From positions 40,072,001-40,196,000 of the forward strand of contig OX597834.1 of assembly GCA_951406725.2 (NCBI GenBank): DNA of 124,000 bases, in the 5' to 3' direction. Positions within the stretch are counted from its first letter, which is position 1; the number at the start of each line of letters is the position of its first letter. This DNA is from Octopus vulgaris (Eukaryota). Below are positions 104,742-118,402 of the stretch, in pieces. The notes under the pieces are model-generated. The model saw nothing but the letters and a program-made list of their open reading frames with translations, was not told where the DNA came from and searched no databases. A program made the translations under genes and the position numbers.

Positions 104742-104890
104742 CTGTTGTTAGCTTCGATGACAACAAAGGCTTCATTGATGTGAGTTATGAAAGCAAACAT
104801 TCATACTTGTCAGACCCAGCATACTTCACTCATCTTCCCCGGGTACCACACAACCGTTATCTCTCTTCCACCTCCACTCGGTGACCGAAT

Positions 104891-104925
<35 letters not shown>

Positions 104926-105099
104926 GGCTTCATTGATGTAAGATATAAGTGAAATGTTAAAGCATGTGTATGAATGTGATTAGCACAGTTCTACACAGTC
105001 GGGCATTTGTTGTAGTTGAATAATGACTTTGTTGTTGTTGCTGTTGCTGTTGTTGTTGTATGGGCTTTTTTCTTGGTGAGATGAGGGTGGAAGGAAAAG

Positions 105100-105134
<35 letters not shown>

Positions 105135-105153
105135 TACATTCACATTTAGCTCT

Positions 105154-105210
<57 letters not shown>

Positions 105211-105439
105211 CCAAGAGTAGTCATGTGGTAAGAAGCTTGCTTCCCAACCACATGGTTCCAGGTTCAGCTCCACCGCATGGAAACTTGGGCAAGTGTCATC
105301 TACTGTGGCCTAGGGCCAACCAAAGCCTTGTGAGTGGATTTGATAGACAGAAACTGAAAGAAGTCTGTTGTATATATATACAACAGACTTCTTTCAGTTT
105401 ATATATATATATATATATAAATATATATAAAAGAGTAAA

Positions 105440-105530
<91 letters not shown>

Positions 105531-107206
105531 AAAGCAGCAGAAATACAACAAAAGCTGTTACTCAGAGTTTCACGTTTCCGTTCGGTCATGAATAACCATG
105601 GGATTTGACCTAGAAAGTTCCCTTCCTAGGCACAAGTCCAGGCAAGGTTGTTTATGGAAGTCACCCATGCATACCAGCCTCTTCTTTCCACATCACCGAT
105701 GTTATCCAAGGGAAAGGCAAAAATGGCCGATACACCTTGGCACCAGGGACATCGCAACTCGTTTCTACTTCTGAGAGAACTAGAGCAGCGTGAAATAAAG
105801 TGTCTTGCTCAAGAACACAACATGCAACCTGGTATGGGAATTGAACTCACTACCTCATGATTGGGAGCCTGACCCTCTAACCACTGAGCCATGCACCTTC
105901 ACACATTTTAAGTGAGGAACACATATTTTAGCCTTTGGCACACTACATTTTCTCTAGAACTGTTTTCCCTGGCACTGCTCTGTTACTTCATCCTCATCAT
106001 CATCCTCATTATCATTTAACATCCGTTGTCCATGCTGGCATGGGTTGGACTGTTTGACCAGAGCTGGCAAGCTGGGCAGAGCTGTGCCAAACTCCAGTCT
106101 GCTTTGGCACAGTTTCTATGGCTGGATGCCCTCCCTAATGCCAACCACATTACAGAGTGTGCTGGGTGCTTTTTACATGGAACTGCACTGGTGCTTTTAC
106201 ATGGTGCCATATGAGCGCTTTTACGTGGCACCACATTCGACTCTTCTACATGGCACTACACAGGCACTCCTAAGTGGCACCCCATGGACACTTTTATATG
106301 GCACCGCCAAGAGTGCTTTACATCACCAGAAGGACCGGTGTTAACATTTCTGCTGAGGAGTATAGGTCTTCTTCAGTAGAGGGGGAGAAAACTCATATGG
106401 TAACATTATGCACCTACAGAGTGCTTAAGGTTAATACAACAGGTGTGGTACAGAGGTACACAGTTGTACCACACAGTGGGTTAACTAACAGAATATGGTA
106501 ATGAATAAAGATATTATTAAATCATGCAACAATATTGTGTAAGTATACTATTTACTCTTTTACACTTTTACTTGTTTCAGTCATTTGACTGTGGACATGC
106601 TGGAGCACTGCCTTTAGTCGAGCAAATCGACCCCAGGACTTATTCGTCTATCGGTCTCTTTTGCTGAACTGCTAAGTTACGAGGACATAAACACACCAGC
106701 ATCTGTTGTCAAGCGATGTTGGAGGAACAAACACAGACACACAAACATATACACACACATAAATATACATATATACATACACATATGCGACGGGCTTCTT
106801 TCAGTTTCCATCTACCAAATCCACTCACAAGGCTTTGGTCGGTCCGAGGCTATAGTAGAAGCCACTTGCCTAAGGTGCCATGCAGTGGGACTGAACCCGG
106901 AACCATGTGGTTGGTAAGCAAACTACTTACCACACAGCCACTCCTGTGCCTATATATATGTATTTATGCAATTACATACACTTTTGATTATACAGCCTAC
107001 ACCAGTGTGTATATATACAATGTGAATATACATTAAGTATGTATAATTATAAGTGTTGTCTGTAATAGACAGACAGACAAGAATGGATAGCTAGGGAGAA
107101 AGAGAGAGAGACAGAGAGAGAGACGGATAAATAGATGGACAGATAGAGAGAGAGAGAATAGAAAGAGATGGATAAATAGATAGAGAGAGAGGAGATGGAT
107201 AGATAG

Positions 107207-107262
<56 letters not shown>

Positions 107263-107436
107263 TGGATAGATAGATAGATAGATAGATAGATATAGAAAAA
107301 TAGATAGATAGATAGATATAGAGAAAAAGAGAGAGAGACAGATAGAAACAGATAAATAGATGGATAAATAGAGAGATAGATATAGAAATGGATGGATGGA
107401 TGGATAGATAGATGGATGGATGGCTGGATACATGCA

Positions 107437-107470
<34 letters not shown>

Positions 107471-107512
107471 CATACATACATACATACATACATACATACA
107501 TACATACATACA

Positions 107513-107546
<34 letters not shown>

Positions 107547-107859
107547 CATACATACATACATACATTAATACATACATATATACACATGTACATACATACA
107601 TAAAAAGACTTAGAGATTGTAGAGAGCTGACAATATAGAATAATGAGACGGGTCAAAACAAATATTGATCTGATGAAGAATTGGAAAATACAAAAAAATC
107701 ATGTTTTCATGGAAAAAGAAAAAAAAATAATGAAAAAGAAACAAAAAAGAAAGATGAGAAATCTTTCCATAGTAACAAAAGTGCAGATATCATTTCAAAC
107801 TAATTAAATATATTTTTTTTGTAACAAGACTACAGTGTCAATAACAACAACAACAACAC

Positions 107860-107890
<31 letters not shown>

Positions 107891-107932
107891 TATAATAATA
107901 ATAATGATATTAATAATAATAATAATTATAAT

Positions 107933-107998
<66 letters not shown>

Positions 107999-108724
107999 AA
108001 TAATGATATTAATAATTTATTCTTTTATTGGCCACAAATTTCAAATTTTGGCGCAAGGCCAGCAAGTTCCGGGCCAGGATTAAATTGATTACATTGACCC
108101 CAGAGTTCAACTGGTATTTATTTTATCAAATCTGAAAGGATGAACCCAGAATTTAAAAAATGGACGAAATTCCACAAACCATTTTACCTAGTGTGCTAAT
108201 GATTCGGTCAGCTCACCACCTTAGTAGTAGTGGGAGTAGTAGTAGTAGTAGTAGAAGTAGTAGTAGTACTAGTAATGATAATTATTATTATTTCTACTCT
108301 AGGCACAAGGCCTTGAAAATTTTTGGGGGAAGGGGGCCAGTCGATTACATCAATTCTAGTGTGTAACTGGTACTTATTTCATTGACCCTGAAAGGATGAA
108401 AGGCAAAATCGACCTCAGCAGAATTTGAACTCAGAACATAATGGCAGACGAAATACCACTAAGCATTTCGCCCGGCATGCTAACAATTCTTATTTCTTTA
108501 TTGCCCACAAGGGGCTAAACATAGAGGGGACAAACAAGAACAGAGAAAGGGATTAAGTCAATTACATCAACCCCAGTGCATAACTGGTACTTAATTTATT
108601 GACCCTGAAAGGATGAAAGGCAAAGTCGACTGTGGCAGAATTTGAACTCAGAACATAAAGACAGACGAAATACCACTAAGCATCTCGCCTGGTGTGCTAA
108701 CGTTTCTGCCAGCTCAACGCCTTA

Positions 108725-108758
<34 letters not shown>

Positions 108759-109238
108759 GTTTCAAATTTTGGCACAAAGCCAGTATATGTGGGGGAGGGT
108801 TAAAGTTGATTATATCAACCCCCAGTGCTCAACTGGTACTTAATTTATTGACCCTGAAAGGATAAAAAGACAAAGTTGACCTCAGCAGAATTTGAACTCA
108901 GAACATAGCGCTGGGTAGATTACCGTTAAGCATTTCACCTGGATTGCTAACAATTCTGCCAGCTCACCACCTCGATAATAATAATAATAATCCTACTATA
109001 GGAACAAGGCTTGAAATTTTGGGGGAGGGGACCAATCGATTACGTCGAGCCCAGTACTCAGCTGGTACTTAATTTATCAACCCTGAAAGGATGACAGGCA
109101 AAGTCGACCTCGGTGGAATTTGAACTCAGAATGTAGCAGCAGACGAAATACTGCTAAGTAATTTTGTCCACAATGCTAACGATTCTGCCAGCTCACTGCC
109201 TTGATAAAAATAATAATAATAATGATGATAATAATAAT

Positions 109239-109269
<31 letters not shown>

Positions 109270-109981
109270 TAATAATAATAATAATAATAATTAATAATAA
109301 TAATAATAATAATAGTAATAATAATGATGATGATGATGATGATAGTAATAGGTTGTGTTAGTGTTTCATACTCTTTTACTTGTTTCAGTCATTTGACTGT
109401 GGCCATGCTGGAGCACCGCCTTTAGTCAAGCAAATCAACCCCTAGTACTTCTATCAGTCTCTTTTGCCAAACCATTAAGTTATGGGGACATATACACACC
109501 AGCATCGGTTGTCAAGCTATGTTGGGGGGACAAACAAATACACACACATGCACATATATATATATATATTAAAATTATAAATTACGGTATCTACGAGATA
109601 CCACCATGCTGAAAATAGCAGCCATGATCCGACTCTAAAACCACCTAAAGTTTTCCTATAGCAACATGGAGAGAAGACAAATAGAATGTAAGTATTCGTA
109701 TGTTGTATTTATATATATATGTGTAGGTTCGTTATTTTATTTTAAATTAATGATCTTATCCTTATTTATATAAATTGATATATATACACCAGGCTTCTTT
109801 CAGTTTCCATCTACCAAATCCACTCACAAGGCTTTGGTCAGCCCGAGGCTATAGCAGAAGACACTTGCCCAAGGTGCCATGCAGTGGGACTGAACCCGGA
109901 ACCATGTGGTTCGTAAGCAAGCTACTAACCACACAGCCACTCCTACGCCTATGTTGATAGTTAATAGTAAATAGTGAAATG

Positions 109982-110016
<35 letters not shown>

Positions 110017-110302
110017 GGAGAAGGACAATATTTATGGCACAGACTGCAGTACGTAGAGAAAGTACAATAGACAGACACACCATTTCTCGCTAAAGGTCAC
110101 TGCTGTATCTCATTAAAGTTACTCAGAAAATTGATATTTCCACTGTTTTCTATATACCAATTGTCTGTGAATATAATTTTATAATTAAGGTCCAGCTTGT
110201 CACTCGACTAATTAATGCCAATTCAACTAATTCTAATGTCAATAATATGCTAATTATGCCATATTTTAAACGAACTCGGTTGCAATCAGAAGGATGATGA
110301 AT

Positions 110303-110413
<111 letters not shown>

Positions 110414-111399
110414 GTGTGTGTGTGTGTGTTGTGTCTTTTTTTTTCGTTTTGTTTTATGAAGGTATGGCTGTGTGGTCAAGAAAATTTCTTGCTTCCCAAC
110501 TACACGTTTCCAGGTTCAATTCCACTGCACGGCACCTTGGGCAAGTATTTTCTGTTATGGCTCTCAGCTGACCAAAGCCTTGGGAATGGATTTGATAGAG
110601 GGAAACTAAAAGAATTCCGTCGTATATGTCTAGATATCATGTGATGTTTGTAAATGAGTATTGTCGTCATAGAAACGAGATTGTTAGTTTCTAGTCTTCA
110701 GTGAAAAACCTGTCAGGCCATGGAGAAATATTGCCCTGCTTGGAAACAGGTGAGGGTTGGCAACAGGAGGGGCATCCAGCCGTAGATAATCTGTCTCAGC
110801 AAATTCTGTGTGGCCCACTCAGGCATGGAAGAGAGGACATTAAAATGGTGTGTGTTTGTGTGCATATGTGAAAGAATGTGAGTGGGAGTGTGGGGGGGAG
110901 GAGTGGGGGAGTGCTTGTGTGTGCTTGTGTGTGTGTGAGTGTACTTGTGTGTGTGTGTGTGAGTGTGCTTTTGTGAGTGTGTGTGTGAGTGTACTTGTGT
111001 GTGTGTCAGTGTGCTTGTGTGTGTGTGCTTGTGTGTGTGTGTGTGAGTGTACTTGTGTGTGTGTGTGAGTGTGCTTGTGTGTGTGTTTCCACATCTTGAC
111101 ATCGTGCAGTAGTTGTAAAGGAGTGTCACCCTCACAGGACTGGTGTCGTTCATTTCTGATTTTCTATATGAGGGTTGGCAACAGGAAGAGCATCCAGACA
111201 CAGAAACTCTGCCTCGATAAACTCCATCCGACCCATGCAGTCATGGAAAAGTGGACATTAAAACAACAACGGTTGTGGCGGTGAAGGTGATGACGATGAC
111301 AATGACAACGGTGATGACAGCAATAATGCTGATGATGACAACTTTACTATCAGCACTACCACATGACTGAAAATTTCCAGGTCCAGTCCCATCATGTTT

Positions 111400-112315
111400 G
111401 GCAGACAGGCTCCAGTCTGATCTGGCAGTGTTTCTACAACTGGATGCCCTTCCTAACGCCGACCACTCCGAGAGTGTACTTTTTACTTAATTTATTGACC
111501 CCGAAAGGATGAAAGGCAAAGTCGACCTCGGCAGAATTTGAACTCAGGACATAAAGACAGACAAAATGCCTATTTCTTTACTACCCACAAGGGGCTAAAC
111601 ACAGAGGGGACAAACAAGGACAGACAAACGGATTGAGTCGATTATGTCGACCCCAGTGCGTAACTGGTACTTATTTGATCGACCCCGAAAGGATGAAGGT
111701 GCCAGGGGAGGCTGGCAATGGCGATGATCGGTTGGTGCTTTTTACGTGCCACCGGCACGGAAGCCAGTCAAGGCGGCGCTGGCATCGGCCACGTAGGGGT
111801 GGTGCTTTTTACCTGCCACCAGCACAGGTATCACAACTACAATTTCCATTTGATTTTTTGATGTTGATGTACTTGACTCAATAGTTCTCCTCAAGCACAG
111901 CAGGTTGCCTTATGATCCAAGGTAAGCACAGCAGGCCATCCTGCGATCCAAGGCACTTTGGATGGGCTGGGGCTGCTATGTGAAGCTGGTGCAGGAAACA
112001 GCCATGAACTCACGTTATTTGCTGGGTCTTCGCAGTCACAGAATATCTCCAGAGGTCTTGGTCTTTTGTCATTGCCTCTGTGAGGCCCAACGTTCGAAGG
112101 TCATGCTTGACCACCTCATCCCATGTCTTCTTGGGTCTACCTCTACCCCGGATTCCTTCAGCTGTATGGGAGCGGCACTTTTTCACACATCTCTCTTCAT
112201 CCATCCATAGTACCTGACCATACCAGCGCAGATGTCTCTCTTGCACGCCACATCCGATGCTTCTTATGTCCAGCATTTCTCTCACTGACATTACACATCC
112301 AGCAGATCATGCTAG
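111400..112315 (-). mobile_element. RTE LINE 3' end (ORF C-terminus plus 3'UTR) interrupted by a SINE at about 111480-111698
   Basis: ORF 112010-112291 contains RHLRWYGQVLWM...RGRGRPKKTWDEVV...DLWR. The UTR continues into the abundant ggaagggcatccag repeat. Confidence 0.85.
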
Positions 112316-112318
112316 CAT

Positions 112319-112373
<55 letters not shown>

Positions 112374-113295
112374 AATGTAAAAAAATACAAACTGGGACAA
112401 GAACGCGAAACATTTAGAAGACGATACAAAAACACGGACGGGACATTCGAAGCCTTCAATCTTCAGTCAAGAACCGGATCATCCTCGCAATTTCTGCTAA
112501 TGTATATATACACACACACACACACACGATGACCGTCTTTCTGATTCTGTCTACCAATTCCTCAAAGAGAGATAACTCTTCTTAGCGGAGTCTACTTGAC
112601 TGACAAAACGATGATGAATTTTGTTTTCTGAAAAAGCAACATTTTGGACATACGACACTTTTGCATAATAGTAGAATGATTTTTTGAGAAACAAGCATGG
112701 AAAAATTGGACATTAAATGACGGCGGCGGCGGTGGTGGTGGTGGTGACGGTGGTGGTGACGGTGGTGAGGGTAGTGGTGGTTATAATGGTGGTGGTTATG
112801 ATGGTGGTGATGGTGGTTATGATGGTGGTTATGATGGTGGTTATGATGGTGGTTATGATGGTGGTGGTGGTGGCGACCCAGAGTTTAAACAACAGCAACA
112901 ATTGCCAAGTGAATGAGGATAATGTAGTTCTAGATAAACTGTGTCTAAATAAAGGACGGGATGGTCATGGTTGGGATACAGCACCTGCGGCGTCTCTCAC
113001 AACAGCCTCGGATTCACTAAAACCTTGTCAATGGAATCTAACAAACGGAAACTGCAAATGACTTGTCTTCGGTGCTTGTGCGCGTGTGTAAGGGAGAGAG
113101 AGAGGATGTGGAAGTGAAAGTTGTGGGTGTGGGTGGGTGCGTGCGTGCGCGTGCGGGAGGGATTTAAATTGACTGTAATAAAGTTTAACTAAAGTGAAGT
113201 TGCAGTCGGCAACGGAATGCTTTGACGAATATGATGTAAGGGAGGTAACTGTGTTTGGCCTGTTTGCTGAGATGATCAGAAATGTCATTTTTTTT

Positions 113296-113334
<39 letters not shown>

Positions 113335-113998
113335 TACATACATAGACGCACTGTTTTACACACACGCACACATACAAAACATTTTACACACACATATACA
113401 TCACACACACACACACACACACACACATACATGCAAGTACAATACATAATTATATATACGTACACATACAACTCACACACGCACACACACGCACGTATAC
113501 ATAAACGCATACACATGTATATATATACACACAAAGAGCATTCCGTCGGTTGCGACGACGAGGGTCCCAGCTGATCCTATCAACGGAACAGCTTGCTCGT
113601 GAAATCAACCTGAAAGTAGCTGAGTACTCCACAGACACGTGTACCCTTAACGTAGTTCTCAGGGAGATTAAGCGTGATACAGAATGTGACAAAGTCGGCC
113701 CATTTAATTACAGGTACACACTGCTCTAGTTCACTCAGCAGTAGAAACGAGTTGCGACGTCACAGGTGCCAAGCTGTATCGGCCCCTTTGCCTTTCCCTT
113801 GGATAACATCGGTGATGTGGGAAGAAGAGGCTGGTATGCATGGGCGACTGTTGGTCTTCCATAAACAACCTTGCCTGGACTTGTAGCTAGGAAGGGAACT
113901 TTCTAGGTCAAATCCCATGGTTGTTCATTTACCCTTACTTTTAAATATATTTTTTTGTTTTTTAATTTTGTTCTAAGAGAAGAACCTTTTAACAACTA

Positions 113999-114564
113999 TT
114001 GGGTTGTCCAGAAAGTTTGTGCCGATTTATAGTAGCTTACCTTTCGACTTAATTTAGAACATGGCTGAGTCCTTAAAATAGGATTTGACTACACCTCCAT
114101 TTAGAGCACAGCTTAAGCTATATTTTCGTGGAAGAAGGTTTATGTTCCTGTAACCTGTGTTAATTCTGTAACCCTTTAAAATGGAAGATAAGAAAGTTCA
114201 TTTTCGGCACTTGATGCTTTGGGAACTAGACATAAATTGCTGCAGCTCGGCTGGGATGTGTTACCCCAGCCTCCATATTCACCAGATGTTGCTCCTTCGG
114301 ATTTCCACTTATTCAGGTCTCTGCAGAATAGTCTTAATGATAAAAATTTCAATTCCTTGGATGACGTAAAAAGATACCTTGATGAATTCTTTGCTATGAA
114401 ACCACCTCAATTCTAGGAAGAGGGTATTTTCAAGTTAAAGGAAAGATGGAGACACATTGTGCAACAAAATGATTCATATTTGGTTGATTAAAAATGTAAT
114501 GGCAAGTATTTATTGACCTTTTTCTTTCCTTTAAAAATCGGCACGAACTTTCCGGACAACCCAA
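113999..114564 (+). mobile_element. internally deleted mariner element with both TIRs and TA TSD
   Basis: 30-bp TIRs ttgggttgtccagaaagtttgtgccgattt / aaatcggcacgaactttccggacaacccaa. N-terminus MEDKKVHFRHLMLWE is fused to GWDVLPQPPYSPDVAPSDFHLF. Confidence 0.9.
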
Positions 114565-115140
114565 TAGTTTTATAGAAACTGCTTTCAAAATCCCTATTTT
114601 GTTTTTCACACATTAACTAATGTAAACTGAACTATGGAAAATGTGAGAGACAGAATCCAAGCTGTTTCTTGCAATATATACCAGTACATACATCTGAAGC
114701 AAAATTTTTTCATGAACCCCCTAAAATATTACTATGGTTCTCCCATTTACTATTCTGCTTGCATGGACCCCCAAAAATCTTTTATGAATTCTCAGGAATC
114801 ATAAGAACCCTGGTTGAAAACTACTGTATAAGATGTACTGATGCTAAAGATTGTACCTTTTCATTCAGCCATATGCCTTAGGTTGCACCTAGGGCTATAT
114901 AAATAATTAGGGGTCAAGTTCAGCTGAAATGGGGATGATTAGGGGTCACACAACAAATACGCACGAGACAGTTTACCCTTTCTTTGTGCATGGCTGGTGG
115001 CAAGATAATTGGCAGAAAATTGATTGAAATTAGTAAATTGCTAATAATTACTAAATTGCAAATAATTAACTGAATTACTAACGAGTAGGCAGGACTTGAA
115101 CTTCTGACATAACAGATAAAAACTTCAGAACGAAACTTAC

Positions 115141-115162
115141 CGAAAACTGGAAATGTCTCCAT
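115141..115162 (-). CDS. candidate first coding exon METFPVF(G), phase 1 donor
   Basis: gaaATGG context after a long unique pyrimidine-rich UTR-like stretch; donor TCG|gtaagt. Out of frame with exon 103515-103659 but in frame with 67356-67375. Confidence 0.35.
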
Positions 115163-115751
115163 TTCTGTTTACAATGAGGGAAAAGACAACAGAAGATGGC
115201 AAAAGATGCTGAAGTGAAGAAATAGCTTGGAGCAAGAAGGAAGAAATAACTGAAGAGATGAAGAAAGTTTTTGGATAAGAATTTCGAAGGATCAAAGAAG
115301 AATGACTGAAGAAATCAAAGAGAAAAGAAAGGAAGAAGGAATCAAAGCAAAGTTGCCACATTGCCAACAGCAACAATGATTGGTTTCAGAGGTCTAAGTT
115401 CAAAGAGATCAGAGAAGAAAAACTAAAATTTTAGTGAAAATCTACACAGTAAGGATTGCTGTTGTTGTTGTTGTTAATGGTATTTTATTAGCATTATTAT
115501 TAGTAGTACTACATCATCATCATCATCATCATCAGTATCATCATCCTTGTTGGTGTTCGTGCTGTTTCTTTAGGTTTTGGGGGTCTTTCCTTTTTAACTG
115601 CCATCATTATCTCCCATCCCTGTTTTCGCAAACTCAATTCTATATTTACCTCCTTCATTTTTATCATTTTTCCCCTTGTAATATCTCCTCGTTGTTGCCC
115701 TTGTGGCAAATAAAGAAATCATCATTTTAATTATCATCATCATCATCATCA

Positions 115752-115796
<45 letters not shown>

Positions 115797-115803
<7 letters not shown>

Positions 115804-116160
115804 TTCTGCCTTAGCGAAGGCTGAGGTATTGTTTTCAGTCATATTGGTTTGTTTGACCGTGGACAAGATATCTCAAGAACTGCTGGATGAATTTGGATGA
115901 AACTTCTAGGGATATTTGGCCTCATGACTGGCATGAACTGATTAAATTTTGGGACCAATCCGGTACCAGACAAGGATTCTGGATTATTTTTTCTTGTTTT
116001 TCTTACTTAATTTTTGAGAGCAGTTGGATTCATTTTTAGTATTCTCATTTATGAAAAGAGTCGAGTTTATTTCAGATCTTCTCATTTTAAAAATCATCAC
116101 CAGCTAACCATTGAGAGGACATTGGTGTTGCCTTGGCGGAAGTTTGCGCTCTCTTACTGC
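115797..116160 (+). mobile_element. second HINE-like copy
   Basis: Colinear with 19188-19525 (ccgtggacaagatatctcaa.aactgctggatg...). Confidence 0.55.
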
Positions 116161-116162
116161 TG

Positions 116163-116202
<40 letters not shown>

Positions 116203-117513
116203 TCGTTTAACACGTTTTCTGTGCTAGCATGGGTTGAGTGGTTCGACCGGGGTCTGGGAAGCCAGGAGGCAGCACCAGGCTCCAGTTTGATCTGGCAGAG
116301 TTTCTACAGCTGGATGCCCTTCCTAACGCCAACCACTCCATGAGTGTAGTGGGTGCTTTTTATGTGCCACTGGCACAGGTGCCAGAGGAGGCTGGCAGCA
116401 GCCATGATCGGTTGGTGCTTTTTACATGCCATATTATTATTGAGTGAGGGAGCAGTGCATGCCATCGAAGTGACACTGGGTTAAAATATACGAAGCCCAG
116501 TATACCCATCATGACTATCCGTCTGATAAGGGTAGACCAAGCACATGCATCACAACCATACGTGCGCGACATGGTGATCTCATATCAAAGTAAACAGCAC
116601 ATAACCTTGCAGGTGGGGCCCAGTTAGAACTTTCTTCTGGTCGAGTAACCCATCCTGCTCAGCTCAAGTTGTTACAACCCAGTTCAATGCTGAATCTCTC
116701 TCCATCAGCAACAGTTCAGTTCTGATCATCTTCCCCATGGTAAGCCCCACCACCTTTTCTTGACTGTATGTGATTACCACCACCAATGCCACTACCACTG
116801 TCACCATGGTAACAAGACCATTTCAATCACCACTGTAATGACACTCCTGCCACACACCACTGCAATAACCACTGTGAAAATTACAACACTACCACCACCA
116901 CCACAACTACTGTTACAGTAACTACAACACCATCACAACCATTTGTACTACCACCACTGAAAATACCACTGTCACCATAGTAACAAGACCACAACAATCA
117001 CCACTGTAACCACACTCCTCCTACATACCACCACTACAACCATTGCGAAAATTACTATAGTACCACCACCGCCACTACAACTGTTGCCATATCTACAACA
117101 CGATCTCTACCATTAGCACCACCACCACCACCACAAACAGCATCACCAACATAATCGATAACAGCAGGAACTATACCACTCGCGCTGCCATCCTCTCACC
117201 CCCCCCCCCACTGCCCTCGTAACCTTTGCAACTGCTTCGCAAATCCTTGATATCATTTTACGTATTGAATTAGAATTTAAAATGTATTTCAAGGAGTGTT
117301 TCTTCATGGAAACACACACACACACACACACACAGTGAGATATGCATCATCATCATCATTTAACATCTGCTTTCCATGCTGGCATGGGTTGGATGAAGCT
117401 GGTAAGTCTGGGAATTGCACTAGTGATGCTATATTTAGACGTCAGTGTACATGAGCAAATATACACAAACACATATCCATGAAATTAAATATATACATAC
117501 ATACATACATACA

Positions 117514-117548
<35 letters not shown>

Positions 117549-117750
117549 GTTTGTGTGTCCATATTGGTTCCCCCACCCCATCATCGCTTGACAACAGATG
117601 CTGGTGTGTTTATGTTCCTGTAACTTAAGATCCCAGGACTTATTCTTTGTTAACCTAGTACTTATTCTATCAGTCTCTTTAGCCAAAACACTAAGTTACA
117701 GGGACTATGTGGCTGTTTGGTAAGTAGCTTGGGAGTACAAACACAGACAC

Positions 117751-117794
<44 letters not shown>

Positions 117795-117964
117795 GATGGG
117801 CTTCTTTCAGTTTCCGTCTACCAAATCCACTCACAAGGCTTTGGTCGGCCATGCAGCTATAGTAGAAGACACTTGGCCAAGGTGTCATGCATTGGGAATG
117901 AACCCAGAACCATATGGTTGGTAAGCAAGCTTCTTACCATACAGCCACGCCTACATACACACAT

Positions 117965-118289
117965 TGTTATGGGAGAATCCTGAACACCCCCATGTGACTG
118001 AACGTGGACTAACCAATTACAATAAATAAAGACTGAGTGAACTGTCAACAAGCGTAGTTGACGGTGTTAGTCTGACTGTGTTGGTTTACCATATTGCTTT
118101 GACGTGTGTTGGTTTAACAGTCGGTAGTTGAACAGTGAGTACTGAGTATCTTACCTACGTTTGGGAGTAGTATGGAGTGCATTCTGTGTTAAGGTATGTT
118201 TTGTGGTAGGTTATTTTCAGATAACCACAACCAACTATATATTAGCGTAATATGATTGTACACCAGACGTGTATACCCAAGTCATAACA
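117965..118289 (+). mobile_element. probable solo LTR
   Basis: TGTTATG...CATAACA inverted termini, internal AATAAA, 325 bp. No clear TSD. Confidence 0.5.
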
Positions 118290-118355
118290 TATACAAGTAC
118301 ATTCAAAGATACAAGTGTACATATGCAACTATATACGAACACCTCTATCTCTTTT

Positions 118356-118402
<47 letters not shown>

